A stretch of 37,657 bases of DNA from Stramenopiles sp. TOSAG23-3 (lineage: Eukaryota). The stretch spans positions 1 to 37,657 of the forward strand of contig LT642192.1 of NCBI GenBank assembly GCA_900128585.1, in the 5' to 3' direction. Shown here piece after piece: positions 29,768 through 37,657 of the stretch. The first letter of the stretch is position 1. Each line of letters opens with the position of its first letter. The translations under genes and the position numbers were made by a program. Under the pieces are notes generated by a model that was not told the DNA's origin, ran no database searches, and saw only the letters and a program-made list of their open reading frames with translations.

Positions 29768-32389
29768 ATGACTTGGACTGGTTTGCTTCTTCGCGGGTTT
29801 TGCCTGCTCGCTTTTGGGTCGACCGTGCTTTCGCACATGTACATAACTGTTCCGAACCCCTTTACGGAGAGTGGGAGGGGCTGCCGAGTTTACTTTTTAC
29901 AAGGCAACCAGCCGCTAACGTTGCGCGAAGTGCCGTGGGAGTGCAGCGCAGTCTTTCACGAGGCAAGATTTTGGAGAGACAAAAATTTAACGGAAATAGC
30001 TTACGCCAAAGTCCAAGAAGATCTTCCTGTTCCCAACTGGCTGCTTTCGTATTGTGGGGATAGCAAGTCCGTCCGAACGTACGCAATTCACCCATCTATG
30101 GCCGTTTGCATGGTAGTTAACAATAAAGGGGGGCTCGACATTGCATGGGCATCGTCAGAACGTGAAAAGGCGGGCGACTGGGGCAACAATTCGCTCACAA
30201 ATGCGCCAGTCCGTGGAGTTACAAAAATGTTCTGGCCCGGGCGAAGCCTTTCCAAGAAACGGGATAAAACATTTCTCGGCGCAGTTTTTGACGGAGACTC
30301 GTTGCAGGTTATCGGAACGAGTCAACACAACAATCACATGCTATATGCAGAAGTGTACGTGGGTGATCTTGTGGCACTAGGAAACACGGTGCCGTACCGG
30401 TTTGCCTTTCAACAGGTGATCACGGAGGTCCCGAGGCTGAGTCCCGAGACGTACCATGCTTGGGTAACTGGGCCTGGCAAATACAGCCATGTGGATGGGT
30501 ACAATCGCGAGGGCTCTATTCACGTGGACGCTGGCTCTGATCGGCCCAGGAGACAAGCTTATTTGCCGCGGGAGTCTAAGGTCTGCAAAGATGCGGAAAA
30601 GGTTAGCCCCTCGGCTTCCTCTGGAAAAGAATCTAGCAAAATACCAGAAGGCGGGGAAAGCAAGCGAAAGAATGAGTCTTCGGTCGACCTCGCATTTGGC
30701 AGTGGATCTGGCGGGTTTGAACCTGACGAGGAGGCAAGATCAGTGGAACGCATGAAAGAAAAATTGGACAGGGCATTGGAACTGTTTCGCAGCAATGATT
30801 TGTACGCTGCGAAGGCGATTTATGAAGATGTGTTGAAGCAGGCGTTTTCTCCGGCGTCTGCCCCGTCCATTCAGGCGGCGCGCTTCAACATGGCAAGTGT
30901 GTGTTACAGATTAGCGCAGCACGACGTTGCCGTTAAGTACCTTGAAGAATTAGTGCACGACCACACCCGGGTGGCAAGCATACTAATGGAGGATAGTGGC
31001 ACCAAGCCTTTACGAAGCGCCGTAGAAAAAAAGAAAGAGCTCCTGGACTCAAGATTTCAATATTTGCCCCTGGCCTACAACCTACTGGGAGATATATTGT
31101 TTTACAGGGATGCAGATGTCGAACGTGGGCTCTCCATTTTCTCCGATGCAAAACGAATCCATTTGGCAGATCCAGGATTGTACAGTCACGTTTCCTCTAT
31201 AGTAGTGAAATGGGCGAAACATTGGCACCAAGAAGCTTCAAAAAAATTGAATCAATTTGATGCTGTCAACTCTGCCGGCTTGCTGATGTATGCAATAGGG
31301 GCACAAGAAGATGCTGAAAAAGTCCTGTTGCGGGCACAGGACTTGAAACCGAAGCATAAGAGTGCACTGCTTCATTTTAATCTAGGAATGTTGCAAATAG
31401 GCCATAGGGACTTTGTGACTGCCAGTCGACACTTGGCCCGGTTCACGCAAATTCATAAGAAGAAATACGACGGGTGGCTCTGGCGCGGCCGCAATGCGAT
31501 TTATGCAAAAAAACTCAAAAGCGCCGTCCGTTACTTTAAAACTGCAATTGAAATAGACCCCCAAAATTACAAGGCGTATTCTGAGTTGATCACTTTATTG
31601 AAGCGAGATAAAGGTAGAATCATCAAGAATGCAGTTAGGGTGTCTCATAAATATGCCAACAAAGCTATTTCGCTGGGGGTATTGTCTCACTACGAACAAA
31701 CGCCGTCGCACTATCTTCATGGGGTGCCGTCGCACCCTTGGCATGATACTGGCGACATTACCAAAGAAGGCTCATCAGCTATCACTCTGCTCGAGAAAAA
31801 CTTTGAAATCATTAAGAAAGAGGTTCTTGGGGCATTTGAGAGCGGGCTGATCGGTAGCGAAGGCATCGACGACACTGAAAATTTAACTGTGAATGGAAAG
31901 TGGACCGAGTTGAATTTGTATCACATGGGAAGAAAGTTTGAAAAGAACTGTAATATTTTGCCAATTACAACTTCGATTTTAGAGAAGATACCAGATATAG
32001 TCAGCCACGTGAAGGGTGCAACAAAAATTTCGGTGTTGCAGCCTGGCACTATCATCAAGCCCCATGCGGGTCCAACAAACACCCGCATTCGGTTGCACTT
32101 GGGCTTGCAGGTGTCTGACGAAGCTTCAATTACTGTCGGTAACGAAACTCGCACGTGGCAAGAAGGAAAAGTCTTAGCATTCGATGACAGCTATATCCAC
32201 TCGGTGGCTCACCGTGGTAATGCACCCCGCATCGCTTTGATCTCAGATATCTGGCCTCCGTCGATGACAGATATGGACAGGGTGGACTGTTTGGAAACCG
32301 CTGAAGAAGTCGAGCGATATTTGTATCGCGTAAACCTCTTTGGCGAAGGTGGCGGAAATAACTGGCACAGTAATGAAGCGATAGTGTAA
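29768..32389 (+). CDS. Secretory-pathway aspartyl/asparaginyl beta-hydroxylase (ASPH-like) with TPR repeats and an unassigned N-terminal domain
   Basis: Signal peptide MTWTGLLLRGFCLLAFGSTVLS from ATG 29768; TPR helices; LEKNFEIIKKE, GKWTELNLY, IKPHAGPTNTRIRLHLGL, WQEGKVLAFDDSYIHSV. Confidence 0.85.
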   Translation: MTWTGLLLRGFCLLAFGSTVLSHMYITVPNPFTESGRGCRVYFLQGNQPLTLREVPWECSAVFHEARFWRDKNLTEIAYAKVQEDLPVPNWLLSYCGDSKSVRTYAIHPSMAVCMVVNNKGGLDIAWASSEREKAGDWGNNSLTNAPVRGVTKMFWPGRSLSKKRDKTFLGAVFDGDSLQVIGTSQHNNHMLYAEVYVGDLVALGNTVPYRFAFQQVITEVPRLSPETYHAWVTGPGKYSHVDGYNREGSIHVDAGSDRPRRQAYLPRESKVCKDAEKVSPSASSGKESSKIPEGGESKRKNESSVDLAFGSGSGGFEPDEEARSVERMKEKLDRALELFRSNDLYAAKAIYEDVLKQAFSPASAPSIQAARFNMASVCYRLAQHDVAVKYLEELVHDHTRVASILMEDSGTKPLRSAVEKKKELLDSRFQYLPLAYNLLGDILFYRDADVERGLSIFSDAKRIHLADPGLYSHVSSIVVKWAKHWHQEASKKLNQFDAVNSAGLLMYAIGAQEDAEKVLLRAQDLKPKHKSALLHFNLGMLQIGHRDFVTASRHLARFTQIHKKKYDGWLWRGRNAIYAKKLKSAVRYFKTAIEIDPQNYKAYSELITLLKRDKGRIIKNAVRVSHKYANKAISLGVLSHYEQTPSHYLHGVPSHPWHDTGDITKEGSSAITLLEKNFEIIKKEVLGAFESGLIGSEGIDDTENLTVNGKWTELNLYHMGRKFEKNCNILPITTSILEKIPDIVSHVKGATKISVLQPGTIIKPHAGPTNTRIRLHLGLQVSDEASITVGNETRTWQEGKVLAFDDSYIHSVAHRGNAPRIALISDIWPPSMTDMDRVDCLETAEEVERYLYRVNLFGEGGGNNWHSNEAIV

Positions 32390-32488
32390 TTTTGTATTGT
32401 AATTTTCCTATGTAATTATAGTACTTATATTTGTCCGTTGACGTCTCCTTGAAATTATCATAATAATACATACAGACAGCGGAGCCTG

Positions 32489-32560
32489 GTACGGTACCTG
32501 GTAGCTGGTACCCGGTTCCTCAGGTACCGGTACCTGTATAATACCTGGTACCGGGGTACG
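32489..32560. promoter_or_regulatory. GTAC-dense palindromic cluster upstream of EF-hand gene
   Basis: About 7 GTAC in ~70 bp; perfect 16-bp palindrome CAGGTACCGGTACCTG at 32521-32536. Confidence 0.45.
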
Positions 32561-32848
32561 AAATAGTAGTAGTATTACTATAATAAATTAAAATAATCGC
32601 GTTTCTCTCTTCTTCTTCTTTTTCTTTCAGCAGCGGCTTGTTAATGACGAACTACGTACCGGTTCGCATACTGCATGCAATATGCAGACTTCGAGCACGT
32701 AATTCTAAAGGCCGGGCAATTTAAATCTCCTGCCGAAAAGTATTGTGTTTATGCATTCGGCCAATCGTTAAAGTCGACAAAATCAATTCGTATTGTTGTA
32801 AACACAACAAGGTTTTTTTGAATAGTATCCAAACAATACAAACAAACA

Positions 32849-34793
32849 ATGGGAAACGCGCACGCACTGCCGGAGCTGGTACATGCACATGACCTTGGAG
32901 AATTTTTAAAGTGGGAAATTATCGACGTTGACAAGGCGTACAAACGGTTCACATATGCCAAAGATGGGGCTAATAAACATGGCGATCTATCAATGACACG
33001 AAGTGAATTTTGGGAGGCATTTACGGACTACGACACGATCGTTTCAGGCGAATTCCTTACGTTGCCCATTGAGCAGTACAGCCTCTTCGACCCCGAGGGC
33101 GCAAACAAAGTTTACGCGCTTGAGGTGTTCGTGGTCCTAGTTCTGTTCTGCAATGCCACAACAGAAGAAAAACTGTCGCGGTGTTTTCAGTTCTTTGACT
33201 TTGACCACTCTACAACAATATCCCGGGTAGAAATGGTAATGTTGACTCGCGTAGTAAGCCGTGGTTTGAACCGAATAGGTTCGATTGACGTGGTTGCAGA
33301 CTACGATGCATTAGAAGCATTGGCCCAAACAACATTTGAAGAACTTGATAAAAATCATGACAACGAGCTCACCATTGAAGAGTTTTTGGTTTGGGCTCAG
33401 GAAAATGGAAGTGCAACGATGCTGCTGTCTAAATTGATAACTCGGAGCAGGGACAATGCGTCTGATGTAAAAGGGGGCGCGTCTGGGGTGTCGATCAAAG
33501 GGAAAAGGTCTTTAAGAGGTAACCGTCCTCTGCAATCGAAAAAGTCTGAAAAAGCTGGAAAGGGCCACCATCGAAACAGAAACGAAATAAATGAAGTTGT
33601 CCTGAAAGCAGAGACCAGAATGGCAATGGACCGAAGAAAAATGATTTCAACTGTATGCAGTAGAAAAATAGTGCGCTGAATTTGGAAAATACGCGTGGGA
33701 GAATAAGGGAAAACTATCCGAGAGGCATTTTATGAAGATTATGACCGTAAGGTTTCCCGAACTGGAAAAGGCGCTTATGAAGAGACTATTCGACTCTTAC
33801 GACGTTGATAACAGCGGGTTCATTGAATTTCAAGAATTTGTGCTTGGCCTGTCTAATCTTCTATCGGGCACGGTTAATGAAAAGTTACGTTTGCTGTTCG
33901 ACGTTCTTGACCTCGACGGCAGTGGCACAATTGATATTCAAGAGTTTCTCAAGGCGCTGGAATACGCTAGTGACCAGTTGAGGGCGGAGGCCCAGTTTAC
34001 TTTACAAATCATGCATTCCTTAGATTTAGATTTTGATGGAGAAATTGGAAAGGGCGAATTTGTTAAAGTTATATTAGGTTCTAAGCCATTGCTAACGGCA
34101 ATTTCCAGACATTTGCCGAGGGATATGAACTCAACCCTATCAGTTCTTCGATTAGAAACGGACAATTCCAATATAGACCTAGAACACATGCGTCAATATT
34201 GGGTACAAAAGCGAAAAGAACCGCGCTGGTCCTCTTCGAATGATCATGTGGTGTACCGTGGCGAATTTCGAAAGATGATCAGAGATGCATTTTCCTGTTC
34301 GGAAAAGGCAGTGGAATTTTTATTGAGTGTGTTCGACAAAATCGGAGCTACCAAAATTAAACAAGAAGGCGACGAGACTAAGATAGAGGTACGGGAGCTG
34401 TTTAACGGAGTTTCCCAGATAATGGATGTGTCAACAGAAGAAAAGGTGATCTTTTATTTTGATCTGTACGATTACGATGGGAGTGGAACAATTGACCCAA
34501 TAGAATTGGTGCGAATGATAGTTGAAGCCCATTCAGGAATAGATAATGATAGATCGACCCTTATTGAATTGGTGCAGAAATTTGATGCAGACAGCAGCCA
34601 CTCTCTGGACAGAAACGAGTTTGTTGAAACTATAAAAGACAACCCTGAATATTTAAAACTTTTTGGACACATATTTGAAGCTACTCACGTGACCGTCGAG
34701 TTTACTCCTGAAGAAAGTCCCAAGCCAATTGGTCCAAACCAGCGACGGCTCATTGCCGACTACAAGAAACTGCAAAAGAAGATTAATAAATGA
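32849..34793 (+). CDS. Multi-EF-hand calcium sensor (tandem NCS/calcineurin-B-like modules), split into two ORFs at ~33653-33679 by a tiny intron or a frameshift
   Basis: MGNAHA N-terminus; EF loops DFDHSTTIS, DKNHDNELTIEEF, DVDNSGFIEFQEF, DLDGSGTIDIQEF, DLDFDGEIGKGEF, DYDGSGTIDPIEL, DADSSHSLDRNEF. The downstream frame is open upstream of its ATG (AEFGKYAWENKGKLSERHF). Confidence 0.8.
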
Positions 34794-34940
34794 GTCAACG
34801 TTTGTAAAGTGATCGCCAAAGTATTTTTCGCCTAGTTAAAATATAAAAACCAATTCGAAATATTACTAAGAAGAAGTAAATTACAAACACAACCGGTAGG
34901 AATTAAAACCAGGTATTCCGTTCATTGTTCATCGGTGCAG

Positions 34941-35154
34941 GTACGGTACAGGTACGTACCTGGCACCGAATAATACCTGTACGGGTACAGGAGTACAGTT
35001 ACAGATTCGGGTAGTGTTAATCCAGGTATTAAACCCTTATTATATACGGTACCGTACGGTACAGAGGTAGCACGTGAAGAAACTCGAAACTGCTAGAAAT
35101 ACTCCGTACGGTTGGTACCTGTACCACCTCACCTGCAACAGTAGTACGGGTACC
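34941..35154. promoter_or_regulatory. GTAC-dense palindromic cluster upstream of unknown gene
   Basis: About 15 GTAC in ~215 bp; palindrome TACGGTACCGTA at 35045-35056; followed by a CTT-rich tract. Confidence 0.45.
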
Positions 35155-35435
35155 AACAAAAAACAGCTATTATTGGACATTACATTACAATTCTTCTTTC
35201 GTTCTTCTTCTTCGTGTAATTTTAATCTTCCTCTTCTTCTCTTCTTCATCGTCGTCGTCGTCACCTCACCTGCTGAAAAAGAAGAGAAGAAGAATTATTT
35301 TATACTCCTCCTCTTACTAACCGTGTTTTTGAAGTTTTAATGTTTACTTCAATGGCGGACCCTACCCGACAAATATATTTTAATTTCACTCCTATGCCTT
35401 ACAAGTTGCTGTATTAATATGGACAAATTAAGAAG

Positions 35436-36650
35436 TTGGTACCACTTCGAAGGCATGCAGTACCAACTCGGTTAACGCAAAACACAGACGCACGTACCGT
35501 GTCGCAATCCCGCAACCTTATGTCATCCCGCAACCTCAAAAAAGGACCCTCTGGTGTTGGCGGCCTTTTTGAATACTTCGAACAGTACGAAAAGAATTGG
35601 TCCAAAGAAAGTAATCAAATTTCTGTTCGTAAGTATACGTTTGAAGGTTTAGTAGATCGCTCTAGTCTTACTGGAGACTATGATGAGGAAATATGGAGTG
35701 AGGTCGACGGGAACAAACTGGTAAACCTAAATACTCGCCAAACGATATTTCGAGCGGCTGCTGACCTGGAACTTGGCAAAGACGCTTTGTTAAAAGATAT
35801 CAGGGCTTATGCACGGTCCGGTCATGTAAAGGAGGTCGAGCCGGGGTATAAAAAAACGATTTGCGATTTGTGGGACCATTATGCTAACGAAACGCCAACC
35901 GTGGCCGTGGATAGGGACGACCAGGAAGCAGTTCAAGAGCAGAAGTTGGTAATGGATTCCGACGGTATGAAAAGGCTTGTCTGTGATATCTTGAAGGAGG
36001 AAAAACAAGCAGCCACTGCAGATTCTCTGGAGGGACGGTTTATTGAGTCCTATGATTTGTTCAAGGAGGCCGTGCGATTGTCGTGTCAGCGCGAAATAAA
36101 TGTTGCCAGTAAAAACCAGAGAGCCTTTGGCGACAAGAATATTGCTCGAGAGTTTAACAAACAGCAGCGTACCATAAACATGCATGCTTCCAGAGCCGCG
36201 AAAATATTCAAGAAAAATAAGGCTGAATTGGGAAAAGTTGCTGCTGCCGTCTACACTGCATTAGAAAAAGATGTCGAAGCTATTGCGCGGGATATCATAT
36301 ACCACATAAAAGAGCTCGCCAAGGCAAAGTACGGCATTATTGTCCTTCCATGGGAAGTCCCAAAAGAAGTAATAACTCGGCCAGAATTTTGTTTTTGCTT
36401 CCTTGAAAGCCTTGACGTCGTTGTGAATGCTCACAGACCGATGGTACAAGATGGAAAGGTGTATCCTTGTGTCTTTAGCTTCGTCAAACATCGGGGAAAG
36501 AAGTTGCGTGACTTGGAGGATTGGGTAGATCCTGCGGAAGCAGAGTGGGTCAAAGTTAAGCCATCCGAAGGCGCCGGGGAGCCCGGGTTTGATGAGTGGG
36601 GTAAAGTGTACAGTGACGGTGAGGAGTCTGGTGAGGAAAACAACGACTGA
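35436..36650 (+). CDS. Hypothetical protein; start uncertain (in-frame ATG at 35520, or 35352 if spliced)
   Basis: About 400-codon open frame with coding-like composition; no family recognised. Confidence 0.65.
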   Translation: MVPLRRHAVPTRLTQNTDARTVSQSRNLMSSRNLKKGPSGVGGLFEYFEQYEKNWSKESNQISVRKYTFEGLVDRSSLTGDYDEEIWSEVDGNKLVNLNTRQTIFRAAADLELGKDALLKDIRAYARSGHVKEVEPGYKKTICDLWDHYANETPTVAVDRDDQEAVQEQKLVMDSDGMKRLVCDILKEEKQAATADSLEGRFIESYDLFKEAVRLSCQREINVASKNQRAFGDKNIAREFNKQQRTINMHASRAAKIFKKNKAELGKVAAAVYTALEKDVEAIARDIIYHIKELAKAKYGIIVLPWEVPKEVITRPEFCFCFLESLDVVVNAHRPMVQDGKVYPCVFSFVKHRGKKLRDLEDWVDPAEAEWVKVKPSEGAGEPGFDEWGKVYSDGEESGEENND

Positions 36651-36752
36651 CAAGACGAAAAAAGAAAAAGAAATCTGAATATTCAGTTCAGTCTAACAAG
36701 ACGAAAGAAGAAATAAAAACCAAATGTTGCTTTTTTAGTGCCGTGTTTAATT

Positions 36753-36890
36753 TAAAAACAAAAAATTGGCTGTTCAGTTTTAAGTGTACAAGTTTTAAAT
36801 TTTAAGATATTAAATGCACTAGACTAATAATAATTTGTTTTTATTTTCTTAAATGCACTAGATACAGGTAAAGCCAATTTTTTGTTTTTA
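36753..36890. repeat. 138-bp element bounded by a perfect 19-bp inverted repeat
   Basis: TAAAAACAAAAAATTGGCT (36753-36771) and AGCCAATTTTTTGTTTTTA (36872-36890); internal direct repeat TAAATGCACTAGA at 36811 and 36850. Confidence 0.8.
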
Positions 36891-36992
36891 GTGTAGTAAT
36901 TATGAATAGTTTTATCTTGCACACTGGTATGCCACGCTAGCGGTGGTGGTTCACTCTTGCGGCGGCAGCATGCCAACGATTGCTTTCACCGC

Positions 36993-37382
36993 TTACTCGT
37001 CGCTCTTGTAAAATTGACTAAGGAAAGGAGACTGTCCCTGGTCTACCTTTGGCGCGTTTTTCTCTTTGAGCATGTTTGGATCTTCAAGAATTCTCATCAA
37101 GTGCGGCTTTTGTTTGTACTGCATTAACGTTTCTTCTAAGTCCATTTCTCCTTTCACAACCAACATATCGACCACTCGTGGGTCCCGTACATGTGCAGAT
37201 TTTCGAAAATGCCACGTAATAGCGGATCTCATCTCACCCACAGTCATGTCCACATCGAACACCGTCTTAACCTTTGGCGCTACTTTCAAAATATTACGAT
37301 AAAGTTTGATGGCACGACGAGAAGCTTCCTTCAAGCTACCGGACGAGGCCGTTTGAACTCGAGTGAGGGTTCCTGGGTTCAT
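36993..37382 (-). CDS. NDUFA6: Complex I accessory subunit NDUFA6/B14 (LYR family)
   Basis: LYRNILK; ITWHFRKSAHVRDPRVVDMLVVKGEMDLEETLMQYKQKPH. Confidence 0.9.
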   Translation of the reverse strand: MNPGTLTRVQTASSGSLKEASRRAIKLYRNILKVAPKVKTVFDVDMTVGEMRSAITWHFRKSAHVRDPRVVDMLVVKGEMDLEETLMQYKQKPHLMRILEDPNMLKEKNAPKVDQGQSPFLSQFYKSDE

Positions 37383-37657
37383 CTTGGACGACCACGAACA
37401 ATAAGATTTACAATACTAGGGAACAGTTATTTGAAGCTCCGGTTTGGTTTGATTTATCTTTCTTGTTGAGCCTTTTCTTTTATCGAAACGATTCTGTGGT
37501 GACAACAGTATGCATGAGCAGAGTGATAGTCTACACCTATCTAATTGCAATATTCGGTTCGTTTATTCAACTCTCTTTATTATTATTTTATATCATCATC
37601 ATCATCATCCATCATTTTTTATATTATTATTTATTATTATTTCTTCTCCGTCGTATT

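Noticed and set aside
33669-33679. Stop-codon reassignment or selenocysteine readthrough in the EF-hand gene
   Set aside because: The two ORFs are in different frames, so readthrough alone cannot join them; TAA, TAG and TGA all terminate conserved genes normally in this window

Overview
Gene-dense, apparently almost intron-free eukaryotic (protist-type; stramenopile-like is only an inference) nuclear DNA with one 109-N scaffold gap. About 17 genes are present: UBL-IQ-C2H2-FHA protein (5'-truncated), cyclophilin, IPT/TIG-RCC1-coiled-coil protein, SKP1, IBA57, PhyH-type dioxygenase fused to a UBA domain, OTUD6/OTU2 deubiquitinase, an acidic low-complexity protein, a signal-peptide SET/LSMT methyltransferase, MRM1, an N-acylated cGMP/cNMP-dependent kinase, VPS50, a secreted TPR-ASPH hydroxylase, a split multi-EF-hand protein, an unknown protein and NDUFA6. 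I see no RNA genes, CRISPR arrays or autonomous mobile elements. The most striking unexplained structure is non-coding. (i) An AAACAA..AAATTGGCTGTT element occurs only in tail-to-tail intergenic spacers, twice as an inverted pair. (ii) Dense palindromic GTAC clusters lie upstream of genes. (iii) GACGAC-core motifs recur in promoters. (iv) A GT..AG segment of only 19 nt, if spliced, exactly repairs the split EF-hand gene. All calls come from reading the sequence by eye; no searches were run.
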